64,000 nt of DNA from Macrostomum lignano. Taxonomy: Eukaryota. Below, in pieces: positions 25,671-38,719 of the stretch. Every line of letters starts with the position of its first letter. Positions within the stretch are counted from its first letter, which is position 1. The stretch is taken from NCBI GenBank assembly GCA_002269645.1, contig NIVC01001138.1:1-64000 (forward strand). Reading direction: 5' to 3'. The notes under the pieces were generated by a model. That model saw only the letters and a program-made list of their open reading frames with translations. It searched no databases and was not told where the DNA came from. Position numbers and translations under genes: made by a program.

Positions 25671-26984
25671 TCTATCGTATCCACTCTCTCTTTAATTCAT
25701 ACTTTTCCTCTGTTCGCTACACCGCATCTTCCCGAACCAGATTGCAAGCTTGTAGTCTTGTCGATGCCAAGCTGCACAAGTTGAAGGCTATTAATTAGAA
25801 GAATGCAAATAACACAAGCCATCAGTGTGCAGGTTGTTAACCAGGTCAGAACGGCTTTGAACGCGAATCAGCAAAGCGATTCGCATAGAAGAAAAGATTA
25901 TATAGGAATGGGACGAAATTATGCACAGAAACCTCTGTGAGACTCTATCCGAGATTATGGGATCTATACACAGGCGGCTTCATCTGAAACCCGAGGCTGA
26001 GAGGCTGGGGCGCAAGAGGAAGGAAATGCAGAGGCGAGGGTGTTGAGCGCGCAAGCTGCAGGGCTCATGAAAGGGATTTTTCGAGGGGGAGCGCGCCTTT
26101 ACGCGAATATAAGTCCCGAAAAGTGCATCGCCAAACATCGCTGTAATATTTGAGTCATGCTCGGGCTCTGCATCAACTCAAGTCGCTGAAGCATGTTTTC
26201 TTCGATTGGGGAGACTGGAACGTGTTGAATCCGTTGTTCAATGTTGACCTAAAAATGGGCTACGTTGATTGATGTACTTTATAATGCTGAACTGGGACAA
26301 TGGAAATAGCTGACTAATTCATTTTAATTATACTTTCATTGAAACTATTGTGACCTTGAACTTTGAATTGGCGCCTCTTTTAAATGCTTTTTGAATTGGC
26401 GCCTCTTTTAGATTTTTTTAAATTGGCGCCTCTTCTAGATCTTTTAAAGTGCCACCTTTTTGATTTTTTGAATTGGCGTCTGCTGTAGTTCATTTTTAAT
26501 TAGAGTTTTATGCAATAGTTGGTCGCGGGTTCGAGTCGCGGATGACAAAAATTAGAATCAGACTCACTGTTAAATAAAACAAACTTTTCTTCCCGGGCTA
26601 TTCTTTCGCTGATTTCGTTATCGTGACGTCAACTAAAATGGGGTTCTGAGTTGGGGAAGAAGCAGGAAGGCAGGCAGGTGTCTCTAATTACTCTGTCTGA
26701 CTCCACAATCCACACCTGTTGCTGTACCAACATAGGACCGACCCACCTCACACACCCCTTTGTAGGGTTTTAATCCGTCCACACCTGCAAATACTGGCTG
26801 TGAAGTTCTTGAACTCAAGTTCTCGGGGGGGGGATGTGCGGGTAGCGAGTGCTGTCCTATGGGTCTGAACTGTAGGTCGCTTTATACGCTGCCTGCTCTC
26901 GCTTTTATCTACGTATTCACTTCACCTCTCCTCTCTTTACCTGTCTATCGCTGTGATTCTTGTGTCTACTGTATCCTCTCCCTC

Positions 26985-27081
26985 TATCCCTCTCCCCCTC
27001 TCTCCCTCTCTCCCTCTCCCCCTCTCTCCCTCTCTCCCTCTCCCCCTCCTCCCTCTCCCCCTCTCTCCCTCTCTCCCTCTC
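26985..27081. repeat. CT-rich microsatellite, left part of the retrotransposon target tract
   Basis: Continues after the 3' LTR. Confidence 0.9.
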
Positions 27082-27303
27082 TGTTGTATATTAACAGAGA
27101 AGACACAGAGTATGCCCCCAAGCCAAATGTTTTGTTGTCTAAGGCACAACCTATTATTTTATAATAAAGTACGAGCTAGTTACAACATGAATCCCAAGAG
27201 GAGTTCGTAACTACCGGAGCAATACGATAGCTCGAACCCCTAAGCGAACCGTTGTCTTCTTACTTAAATGTAGCAGCTCCACGTCGGAGCAGAAGACATA
27301 ACA
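27082..27303 (+). repeat. 5' LTR
   Basis: TGTTGTATA...GACATAACA, direct repeat of 31414-31635. Confidence 0.96.
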
Positions 27304-30300
27304 ATGGCGACGAGTACAAAAATCGGCGAGTTTGACGTGGCTAAACCGGATAAATGGGAAGCCTACGAAGAGCGGCTAGAACAATTTCTCGTCGTGAATA
27401 AAGTGACTGAGGAGGCACAAAAGCGAGCGAGCTTGATCACAGTGATAGGCAATGACTGTTATCAATTGCTACGCAACCTGCTATCGCCTAAGAAGCCAAA
27501 GGATGTGGCGTACGACGAACAAGTGAAGACGCTGAGGGAACACTTCAACCCAAAGCCGAAGATTGTCGTCGAGCGGTACAACTTCCACAGCAGAGTCCAA
27601 CACGAAGGAGAAACAGTGAGTGACTTTGTTGCAAGTCTGCGGAGGTTGGCAGCCACGTGTGGTTTTGACAAGTTCCTGGAGGAGGCACTGAGAGACAGGT
27701 TCGTCGTTGGCCTCAGGAACAGGCTCATCCAGCAGCGATTGCTACATGAAGAGACACTGACCCTGTCGGGTGCATTAACGCTAGCGACTGCGATAGAAGC
27801 AGCAGAGCGAGGAGTCGTGACTATCACCTCCGCCACAGGAGTTGGTCATAGTGTCAATTTCTCGAAGGAAACTAACAAGCAATCAACTGCAGCTCAACAT
27901 GGGAAAAGGAGCCGCGCCCAAGATGGATGTTTCCGCTGTAACGCGAAGGATCATTGGGCAAGGAGCTGTCCATATAGGAATAAAACGTGCAGCAAATGCG
28001 GCCGAGTAGGACATCTTAGAGATGCATGCCGTACAAAGGACAAGGCAAAAGAGTCTGGAAGTGGCAGGTCGAAGCGATTCAACTCTTCAAAACGTGGGAA
28101 GTCCGGTAAGGTGCATTACGCGCGGAATTTCGACAGTGAGTCAGAAAGTGAGGGTTCGGACTGCAGTGGTCGAGACAAGCATTCCGAGATCAGGACTGTG
28201 TTTGCTACAAGAATGGCTGGCTTTAGTGGATCAGCACCGTATATGTGCGAGTTAAATATAAATGGGCATTTTGTAAATTTCCAACTGGATACTGGCGCAG
28301 ACAAGACCCTTATTAACGAAAATACTGGCAAGAAAATTGGCTTAAGGTGGTCTAAATCTAATGTTAGACTGTCAAGTTACACAGATCATCTCATACCAGT
28401 TCTGGGCGAAGCTACTGTTATCGTAACTAACTATCAGGAAAGACAGTATCAACTAACTGCGCTTGTTGGAAGGGAGACAGAGTGAATCTTCTAGGTCGGG
28501 ACTGGCTCTCTTCGTTGAAAATTGACTGGAGCAAATTTGCCCATGTGAAAACAACAACGTTGGTTCCACCTATCGAGCGGTTAATGAAGAAGTATGATCA
28601 AGTGTTTGCTGAAAGCCTTGGCACTATCAAAGGGTTAAAGGCCAGAATACTGTTGAAAGAAAACTTCATTCCAAAGTTTTGTAAGAGTCGACCGGTGCCA
28701 TTTGCGATCAAAAGCCTCATTGAAGAGGAGCTGGCGAATTTGCAAGCTCAAGGCATAATAAAAAAAGTGAGCGCATCAGACTCTCCGATTGTCCCAGTTT
28801 TGAAGCGCGATGGAAAATCCGTAAGGATTTGCGCTGATTTTAAGAGAACCGTTAATCCCCAATTGGAAGTTGACAAGTACCCTCTGCCGAAACCGGAAGA
28901 AATTTTCGCAACTCTTAATGGTGGAAGAGTCTTCTCGAAATTGGATATTTCGCAAGCGTTTTTACAACTGGAACTGGAGGATTCGTGCAAAAAGTTTGCT
29001 ACAATTAACACACATCTGGGTTTGTTCCAATACGAGCGACTAACAATGGGTCTGGCATCAGCCCCTGCACAATTTCAAGAAGCGATGGAGAAAATTTTAC
29101 AAGGCTTGGAAGTGGTTGTCTATATAGACGACATTCTTGTATCCGGCAGTTGTTTTGAAGACCACGACAAAAGACTGGAAGCTGTATTAGAACGTCTTTT
29201 AGCTCACGGTGTGCATTTGAATCGGAAAAAGTGTGAATTCCGCCTAAATAGAATTGAATTCTTGGGCTACGTTATCGATGAATCGGGAATCCATCCCTCG
29301 AAAGAGAAAGTTCAGGCAATTCATGAAGCTCCAACACCAACTAACGTGTCAGAGGTTCGTTCCTTGATAGGAATGATCAGCTATTATGGAAAGTTTATTC
29401 CAAACCTATCATCAATACTGGTACCTCTCAACAGACTATTGCACAAAGACGCAGAGTTTCATTGGAGTGAGGCGTGTTCGGCAGCATTCGAGAAAGTGAA
29501 GGCAACTCTAACTTCTGAGCGTGTTCTGGCTCATTTTGATCCTAAGAAGCAGCTTGTATTGCAAACGGACGCCTCCAAATATGGAATCGGGTGTGTCATC
29601 TCACATTTGATGCCCAATGGCGAGGAAAGGCCTGTAGCATTTGCTTCGAGAACTCTAACAAAACCTGAGATCAACTACTCTCAACTAGAGAAAGAAGCGC
29701 TGGCCATCGTATTCGGAGTTAAAAGATTTCACCAATATCTTTTTGGACATCATTTTATACTAGTGACTGACCATAAACCCCTACTGACCATTTTTGGAGA
29801 TAAGAAGGACATTCCTAGCATTGCAGCAAGCAGACTTCAGCGCTGGGCCGTGTTGCTTTCTGCCCATCAGTATACCATCAAATTCAGAAGAACAGAGGAT
29901 CATTCTAATGCTGACGCACTTTCACGTCTCCCAGTGCCTGGTAATATCAGCAAGGTTGATCGTGTCTTGGAGGTCAGGCTAGAAATGCTACCAGTCAACG
30001 CAGAAACAATACGAAAAGAGACACAGAAAGATTCACAGCTTCAGAGAGTTGTTCGATACTGTCAAAATGGTTGGCCAGACACCTGTGAGCAAGAGCTGGA
30101 ACAGTACTTCAGGAAGCGGAACGAGTTTTGCATTGAGCAAGGTGTGCAATTTTGGGGAGTAAGAGTAATTATTCCAAGAAGCTTACAACAGGTTGTGTTA
30201 GAACTGCTTCATGATGGACATCCAGGAATTGTTGCAATGAAATCCATAGCTAGACTGCATGTATGGTTCCCAGGAATCGACAAGGCTATAGAAGCCCTAG

Positions 30301-31368
30301 TCCATAGTTGTGAAAGCTGTCAGCTGCAAAAGAATTTGCCTGCACAAGCACCAGTTCAGCCTCTTGTCTGGCCAGAAAGGCCTTGGACTCGAATTCAACT
30401 GGACTACATGGGACCATTCCATGGATACTACTGGCTTGTTATAGTCGATGCAACAAGTAAATGGGTTGAGATCTTTCCCATGAAGCACGCAACTACCAAC
30501 AGGACGATAGAATGTCTACGAGAAACTTTCGCACGATTTGGCATCCCACAGCAAGTGTTGAGTGACAATGGAAGCCAGTTCTGCTCAGCTGAAGTTCCGT
30601 ACTTTCCTAGAGCGGAATAACATCCGACAGATTTTGACAGCTGTTGGACATCCGCGTACCAACGGACTTAGTGAAAGAATGGTGCAAACAGCAAAGTCTG
30701 CTATCAAAGCAGGAATTAAGACTCACGGTGATCCAATCTTGAGCATGCAGAACTTTCTGTTTCGCTATCGCAGTACACCTCATTCAACAACCGGTAGAAC
30801 ACCAGCAGAGATGATGTTATGCTACAGTCGCAGGACACGGTTGGATTTTCTTAAGCCGGATGCTTACTCAGGAGTGTTAAACAAGCAGACGGATGTCACT
30901 GAACGACAAATAGAGAGAGGATCAACTATTCGAGAATTTCAAGAAGGAGACTCAGTTCTGACGTTGGACTTCAGAAGGGAGCGAGAAAACAGGTGGATTT
31001 CTGCCAAGGTGATCGCCCGCACAGGACCGCTGTCCTATAGACTGTTGGTCAACGGACAAGTCTGGAAGCGACACGTCGACCAAATTGTCAGTGCAGAATT
31101 ACCTGGACAGAACAAGCCGGAGGCTCATCACCTACCGCCTATTCTGAAGGATCCTAGGAGAGTTCAGAGCGACAAAACTACCACCGAGAAAGAGCGGCGA
31201 GAGAGTGAATCAACTCAACCGGTCCAAGACGTGCCAAGCCGAGGAGAATCTCAGACAGCGGACACAGACCAGGATGACGCTGACTCTGGAGCAGAAGGCG
31301 TGGGCACAAGGATACTGAGGGATCGAAGCAAATTGAAAAAACCGGATCGGTTGCATTACAGTGAATAA
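27304..31368 (+). CDS. gag-pol polyprotein with two 1-nt frameshifts (near 28468, deletion in the protease; near 30592, insertion in the integrase)
   Basis: Two CCHC knuckles (CFRCNAKDHWARSC, CSKCGRVGHLRDAC), protease LDTGA...LLGRDWL, RT YIDD, RNase H TDAS/EKEALA/TDHKPL, integrase HHCC plus D-D-E (IQLDY, SDNGSQF, GLSERMV) and a GPLSY motif. Confidence 0.93.
27305..27314 (+). other. Primer-binding site TGGCGACGAG (complementary to the 3' end of tRNA-Ser(GCU))
   Basis: 1 nt after the LTR end; complementary to ...CTCGTCGCCA, the 3' end of metazoan tRNA-Ser(GCU) as I recall it. Confidence 0.75.
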
Positions 31369-31402
31369 TTCCGGATAACTGACAATGCAACTTTTTATTG
31401 AC

Positions 31403-31413
31403 AAAAGGGGGAA
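31403..31413 (+). other. Polypurine tract AAAAGGGGGAA
   Basis: Immediately precedes the 3' LTR. Confidence 0.9.
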
Positions 31414-31635
31414 TGTTGTATATTAACAGAGAAGACACAGAGTATGCCCCCAAGCCAAATGTTTTGTTGTCTAAGGCACAACCTATTATTTTATAATAAA
31501 GTACGAGCTAGTTACAACATGAATCCCAAGAGGAGTTCGTAACTACCGGAGCAATACGATAGCTCGAACCCCTAAGCGAACCGTTGTCTTCTTACTTAAA
31601 TGTAGCAGCTCCACGTCGGAGCAGAAGACATAACA
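31414..31635 (+). repeat. 3' LTR
   Basis: Same sequence as the 5' LTR by eye. Confidence 0.96.
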
Positions 31636-32240
<605 letters not shown>

Positions 32241-32594
32241 CCCTCTCTCCGTAAATCCATCCCTACCTATATCCGTCACTCCCTCTATCCTTCTCTCCTC
32301 TTCTCCCTATATCTTCTCTATCCTTCCCTTCCTCCCTTGACTTGAAAATAAAAAAATCGACCTCATCCTCACATCATCGTCCATCCCACTTCCTTGATGA
32401 GCTGGCCGCAGAGCACAGGCTGTTTTCGTGCTGTCTTTTCATCTGCCTTTTAGAGGCCTTAACTTTGATTTAATTTGTTTTTATCTGCTCGCACAGAGAC
32501 TTCTGATATGGCTGCGTTTGAATTTTTTCTTTAATAAAAAAATCTTACTGTTTTTCAGATTCTATCTCAGAATGTCAGCTTTCTCAGTGTATAA

Positions 32595-34110
32595 TCTCAC
32601 CCCTCGTGTCTCAGAATCTCCGCTTTTTTTCTGTGTCTAATCTTACTCCTCGTGTCTCAGAATCTCCGCTTTTTTCTGTGTCTAATCTCACCCCTCGTGT
32701 CTCAGAATCTCCGCTTTTTTGTGTCTAATCTCACCCCTCGTGTCTCAGAATCTCCGCTTTTTTCTGTGTCTAATCTCACTCCTCGTGTCTCAGAATCTCC
32801 GCTTTTTTCTGTGTCTAATCTCACCCCTCGTGTCTCAGAATCTCCGCTTTTTTCTGTGTCTAATCTCACCCCTCGTGTCTCAGAATCTCCGCTTTTTTCT
32901 GTGTCTAATCTCACTCCTCGTGTCTTAGAATCTCAACTCCCACTTTGGATCTAATCTCACTGCTTGTGTCTCAGATTCTAATCTTTCTCTCAGTGTCTTA
33001 TCTCACCCCCGTGTCTCAGAATTTCATCTTTCTCTCAGTGTCTTATCTCACCCCAGTGTCTCAGAGTTTAATCTTTCTCTCAGTGTCTTATCTCACCCCA
33101 GTGTCTCAGAGTTTAATCTTTATCTCAGTGTCTTATCTCACCCCAGTGTCTCAGATTCTAATCTTTCTCTCAGTGTCTTATCTCACCCCCGTGTCTCAGA
33201 ATTTCATCTTTCTCTCAGTGTCTTATCTCACCCCAGTGTCTCAGAGTTTAATCTTTCTCTCAGTGTCTTTTCTCACCCCCGTGTCTCAGAATTTCATCTT
33301 TCTCTCAGTGTCTTATTTCACCCCAGTGTCTCAGAATCTCCGCTTTTTTCTGTGTCTAATCTCACGCCTCGTGTCTTAGAATCTCATCCCCCTCAGTGTC
33401 TAATCTTACTCTCCGTGTCTTAGAATCTCAACTCCCGCTTTGGATCTAATCTCACTCCTTGTGTCTCAGATTCTAATCTTTCTCTCAGTGTCTTATCTCA
33501 CCCCCGTGTCTCAGAATTTCATCTTTCTCTCAGTGTCATATTTCACCCCAGTGTCTCAGAATCTCCGCTTTTTTCTGTGTCTAATCTCACGCCTCGTGTC
33601 TTAGAATCTCATCCCCCTCAGTGTCTAATCTTACTCTCCGTGTCTTAGAATCTCAACTCCCGCTTTGGATCTAATCTCACTCCTTGTGTCTCAGAATCTA
33701 ATCTTTCTCTCAGTGTCTTATCTCACCCCGTGTCTCAGAATTTCATTTTTCTCTCAGTGTCTTATCTCACCCCAGTGTCTCAGAGTTTAATCTTTCTCTC
33801 AGTGTCTTATCTCACCCCAGTGTCTCAGAGTTTAATCTTTCTCTCAGTGTCTTTTCTCACCCCCGTGTCTCAGAGTTTAATCTTTCTCTCAGTGTCTTTT
33901 CTCACCCCCGTGTCTCAGAATTTCATCTTTCTCTCAGTGTCTTATCTCACCCCAGTGTCTCAGAATCTCCGCTTTTTTCTGTGTCTAATCTCACGCCTCG
34001 TGTCTTAGAATCTCAACTCCCTCTTTGGATCTAATCTCACTCCTTGTGTCTCAGAATCTAATCTTTCTCTCAGTGTCTTATCTCACCCCCGTGTCTTAGA
34101 ATCTTATATT
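32595..34110. repeat. 45-bp minisatellite with two interleaved variant types
   Basis: Period of 45 measured (32771 to 32816; 33001 to 33046). Confidence 0.92.
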
Positions 34111-34794
34111 TTCTCTAATCTCACTCGCCTTAGCTTCCCTCTCCTTAGTCTAATCTCAATCATTGAATCGCACCTCCCCTTGGTCTAATCTCATCTCCGT
34201 TTAATCCTACTCTCACTATCCGTATCTCCAATCTCATTGATCTACTCTTGCCCCTATTCGCCATTTACTAGGCCTTTCTCTATATCTCGCTTTTCGATTT
34301 TTTCTTCATTTTTCTCATTTTTCCTCTGATGATTGCAGTAGTTTGACTTAGAGATGCAGTGTTTGTCGTGGTGGCTCTGTGGGCAATTTATTAGATCTGA
34401 ATTTGACTCTCGTTCGGCTTCCTGTGTGTGTTTATCTTTCTTCCTGTTTTCGTGCTGTTTTGCTTCAATTTTAATTAGATGGAGTTCCCGTGACTCGACG
34501 AAATCTGTTCTTATTATCAACATGTTTTTGCTGAAATGATTAATCAATTAGATTTGGAGAGATGAAGCTCTATGAAGAATTATACAGAGGAAGTTGGTGT
34601 GTTGCAAAGAAAACAATTGCACTTCCTAGTGACCGAAATAGCGAATAAACAAGTACATTTTATAATGAAAACAGATCGAGCTATATTTATAATAAAAAAT
34701 CCTTACCTTCCTGTTACTGGTTATTTAATTAATTAGTTAATTGGTTAATTAGCTAAATGTTTAATGTTTTGATGTATTACCTAATCGATGGATA

Positions 34795-34802
34795 GATTGA
34801 TA

Positions 34803-34850
<48 letters not shown>

Positions 34851-34853
34851 TAC

Positions 34854-34934
<81 letters not shown>
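34795..34934. repeat. (GATT)n microsatellite, left part
   Basis: Read directly. Confidence 0.95.
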
Positions 34935-35924
34935 TGAATTGGAATGGTGTTTTCTTCCCGGTTTAGGCGCTTAAGATCACCTTAAGACTCGAGCCTCTTC
35001 AGTGGGAAGTTCTCTCAACTCTCAGTAGCGTAGGTAGTGCTGCCACCAGTTCCTTCAGGTCTCGGCCTTCGATGAGGTGAGCTTCCCGTCGGAACGAAAT
35101 AGCGAAGTCAACGAACTCAGCACAGCGTGCAGATTTGCAGATTAATGAACAAGGCGTCCTGATCAGCAGATCCCCGCCGGGCTCAGGGGTGGCTGGGAAG
35201 GCAGTGTTAGCCTCCCTTAGGCTTGGGCTTTAGTGGGGTCTCAGTCAGACCAGTACAAACGGATTCAGTACACAAAGGGCACTTAGTTAGACACTGGCGC
35301 ACACGGGATCTTAGTGAATTCTCCGCAGATAAGAAGCCTCCTTGGCGGAAACAAGGGAGAGGGTCCTATTTATAACCGGAAAACACCCACGCACAAGACC
35401 TCGTGACCTCGTTCTATTTTTAGAACTGACGTCACTTGAGAGTCTCGGGCAGGGTACAAGCGTGCGGAAGACCTCGTGACTCGTTCTATTTTTAGAACTG
35501 ACGTCACTTGAGGTCTCTGGCCAGAGTACACGCGGCTGTGACTCAGTTGCTATTTTTAGCAACATTAGTCACTCCTCTCCTTAGAGAAGGGAGGGGTCCG
35601 AAAGCACGTGATTCTCCCGGTAAACAGGGCCAACGAGTGCAGTAAACATGTTTACTGCACTTTAGGACTCGAAGAACGCAGAGTCTGTCATGTGACTTGC
35701 TCACATGACAGAGGAAAACGGGACGGGAACGAAACAGAGACAGCCCACAGCAGAGAAGCTGAGGGCTGAGAACAGAGACGCAGAAGGGCAGAACAGGCCA
35801 AGGGCAGCAACAGACGGGCCAAGGGGGGCGGGAAGCTGACCAGCGGCAGACAGCAACCCAGGGCGAGGGCGAGGGAGACTGCTGACAAAGTGGGACGCCT
35901 AACATCAACTAGCGGATCACTACA
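34935..35924. mobile_element. ~1-kb GC-rich insertion in a (GATT)n tract, with a ~700-bp LTR-like core (35205-35904)
   Basis: Interrupts a GATT array. The core has TGTTAG...CTAACA termini, a TATA-like TATAAATAG on the minus strand, an internal ~45-bp tandem duplication and several hairpins. No clean TSD or coding domain found. Confidence 0.45.
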
Positions 35925-35925
35925 A

Positions 35926-35955
35926 ATTGATTGATTGATTGATTGATTGATTTAC

Positions 35956-36008
<53 letters not shown>

Positions 36009-36009
36009 A

Positions 36010-36041
<32 letters not shown>

Positions 36042-36072
36042 ATTGGTTGATTGATTGATTAAATGATTGATT
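35926..36072. repeat. (GATT)n microsatellite, right part
   Basis: Read directly. Confidence 0.95.
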
Positions 36073-36120
36073 AACTGATTGATGGGCCCAAATCAATCGC
36101 ATGAACTCCCGCTCCCTCAG

Positions 36121-36498
36121 AATCGATCATGGCCCTGCTGGAGCGCGACAAGCCCCCAGAAGTGGCCGGCTGTCGGGACTGGTCGAAGCGCTGCGCCAAA
36201 GCGTTCGGCGCCTCCACTTCGCTGTACGACCAGAACCCGCTGACCAAGCGGTTCACTGGCGACCCCATCGCCGACTCCTTCGCCGTGGTGGCTCGCCGAA
36301 ACTGCGGCTTGCTGGCAATCGCCGACGGAGTGAACTGGGGCGAGAAGAGTCGCCTCGCTGCTCGAGCGGCCCTGCACGGCGCGGTGCGGCATCTCAACCG
36401 CTACCTGGCGTTGGGCGACGCCTTGCCAGACACCAATAAGGCTCTCTCGGTGCTTCTAGAAGCGTTCGTTGCTGCGCAGGCAAATATTCTGAGAATTG
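36121..36498 (+). CDS. CG9801: PP2C-like domain-containing protein (CG9801 family), exon A; upstream exons not identified
   Basis: TSLYDQNP...GDPIADSFAVVAR...LAIADGVNWGEKSRLAA is characteristic of this family; acceptor CCCTCAG at 36120; donor G|GTTCGT in phase 1. Confidence 0.85.
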
Positions 36499-36549
36499 GT
36501 TCGTTCACTGACAACATCTGGTTTCACTTTTTGTCCTTTTAACACTAAT

Positions 36550-36860
36550 CAGACACTGTCAGACCCTAACTGAGCCTCGTCAGACACTAACTAAGCACTG
36601 TCAGTCACTAATTAAAAGTTGTCAGACACTAATTAAAAGTTGTCAGACACTAATTAAAAGTTGTCAGACACTAATTAAAAGTTTGTCAGACACTAATTAA
36701 AAGTTGTCAGACACTAATTAAAAGTTTGTTAGACACTAATTAAAAGTTGTCAGACACTAATTAAAAGTCGTCAGACACTAATTAAAAGTTGTCAGACACT
36801 AATTAACAGTCGTCAGACACTAATTAAAAGTTGTCAGACACTAATTTAACTAGTCAGACA
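36550..36860. repeat. 21-bp intronic minisatellite (GTCAGACACTAATTAAAAGTT)n
   Basis: Read directly. Confidence 0.93.
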
Positions 36861-36898
36861 CAGAGTAAAAGTTCGATACACCCCCCTCACACGAGCAG

Positions 36899-37803
36899 GT
36901 GGCGGCCTGACAACCCTCAGCGTCGCCCTCGCCCTCCCACTCGCCGGAGCGGACCGATCGCCCCAGTTCGCCGTGACCTGCGTCAGCCTTGGCGACTCCC
37001 CAGTCTACCTCTGGTCGAAGACGAAAGGCCTTCGCGAGCTGACCGTGGGCTCCCACGACCTGTGCAAGGCGCGCGATATGCGGGACGCCGGCGGGGCACT
37101 CGGCCCAGTCCACGGTGGCAAGGAGCCGGAGCTGCACAATCTCACCTGCGCTCTGACCATCTGCGACCCTGGCGACGTCCTGCTCCTGACCAGCGACGGA
37201 GTGTCCGACAACTTCGACCCCGTGGTGCAACGCCTGGCAGTGCCGTGGGACCCCGCCAAGCACTGCCAGGCCTCGGAGAACGAGCCTCAGGACCGGCCTG
37301 CAATGCGACCGTCTGAGCGACATCAGTACGGTCTCAAACTGATGGAGCGAGTGCTGCTCGAACGAGAACTCGAGCTCAACTCGGTGCCAAGCGCCCAAGA
37401 CGTTTGCGAAGCTCTGATCGACTCGGTTCGAGCGACCACTCAAGCCCGACGAACTCTGCTAGAGGATCCGGCTAGGAGAGTTCGTGATGCCGGCAGGCGG
37501 CAGAGCTTAGCGGAGAAGCTGATGGCGCTTCCAGGGAAGCTGGATCACGCCACGGTTGTCGCGTACGAGGTCGGGCTCTACCAAGGCGACGAGTTCGAGC
37601 TGTACGAAGAAACCGCAGCGCTGAGATCGGCGCCTCGAGCTCCGGTGCCGGGCGGCGGTAGGGGCCCCAGGGCGAGCGACCTGGACTCTGGCTGTGCCTC
37701 GGACCCCGACTGCTGCAGATCTTCTGCCGGGCCCGCCGCGGCGAACGGCGTTCGGTCGGCGAGCAACTCGTCTGATAGGCGATGCAGCTGCTCGTTTGCG
37801 TGA
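36899..37803 (+). CDS. CG9801: PP2C-like domain-containing protein (CG9801 family), terminal exon B
   Basis: GCAG| acceptor in matching phase 1; GGGLTTLSV, VSLGDS, DMRDAGGALGPVHG, PELHNLT, LTSDGVSDNFDP and GKLDHATVVAY retain the PP2C metal-binding Asp motifs. Confidence 0.9.
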
Positions 37804-37829
37804 GTGCGACAGCTCGCTTCGCTGGCGGT

Positions 37830-38230
37830 TGCTATGGGGAATCCTTGTCGTTGCTATGGGAAATCCTTGCCGTTGCTATGGGGAGTCCTTGTGGATGCTA
37901 CGGGACATCCTTGTCGTTGCTATGGGAAATCCTTGTCGTTGCTATGGGAAATCCTTGCCGTTGCTATGGGGAGTCCTTGTGGATGCTACGGGACATCCTT
38001 GTCGTTGCTATGGGAAATCCTTGTCGTTGCTATGGGAAATCCTTGCCGTTGCTATGGGGAGTCCTTGTGGATGCTACGGGACATCCTTGTCGTTGCTATG
38101 GGAAATCCTTGCCGTTGCTATGGGGAATCCTTGTCGTTGCTATGAGGGATCCTTATCGTTGCTTTTGGGGAATCCTTGCCGTCGCTATGGGGAATCCTTG
38201 TCGTTGCTATGGTTAATCCTTGCTGTTGCT
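37830..38230. repeat. 22-bp minisatellite (GGGAATCCTTGYCGTTGCTATG)n, copy 1
   Basis: Read directly. Confidence 0.92.
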
Positions 38231-38719
38231 ATTATACTATTAACAATTTCAGTTGCCATAGTAACAAGCACAATCATTAAAACAAACTAGTAATCTCGCA
38301 GCGTATAATTAGCAAATTATAATTCAACCTTACTGGTTTATTTCAGACCCGAGTCACTGTCCGACATCGAGTTCGCAGACACAGACTCCGACTGCGTGAT
38401 GGAGTAACTTAGCTGTGGGCGACAAATGATGTTAATTAAACAAATATTTGAAGTATTTATGCAACATTTTTCGATGATACGAGTATGCTGTTCGTATTAA
38501 TTTTGATGTCAGTGTATAAAAAATTTGGCAATTTGCATCACACTCCACTAGCGCCATGTTTGTCAGTAGTGTAGTTTGCGCACGCATTCCAGTTTTTGGT
38601 CTCCCGCATAAATTGTTCAATGTTTATCGTAGATTTTATCAGCGCATCGTTTTGAATTTTGCCAAAAATTTGTCACTGCCCAAATTTAACACTACCTTTA
38701 AACTCCAAAACTATAAATC

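Larger units (their letters stand above)
27082..31635 (+). mobile_element. Full-length Ty3/Gypsy LTR retrotransposon (Mag-like), very young
   Basis: TG...CA 222-bp LTRs that look identical, PBS, PPT, 5-bp TSD CTCTC (27077-27081, 31636-31640), and gag-PR-RT-RH-INT domain order. Confidence 0.96.

Noticed and set aside
28460-28490. Programmed ribosomal frameshift between ORF1 and pol of the Gypsy element
   Set aside because: The shift falls inside the protease (before LLGRDWL) with no slippery heptamer; restoring one nt gives LVVKGDRVNLLGRDWL, so it is a simple indel.
34945-35005. Hammerhead-like CUGAAGA core on the minus strand
   Set aside because: Stem II is followed by UAAA rather than the required GAAA, and stems I/III were not found.
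34967-35076. Possible upstream exon of the PP2C-like gene (AG...GTGAGC)
   Set aside because: Its only open frame ends in phase 2 while exon A needs phase 1, and it lies inside the insertion.
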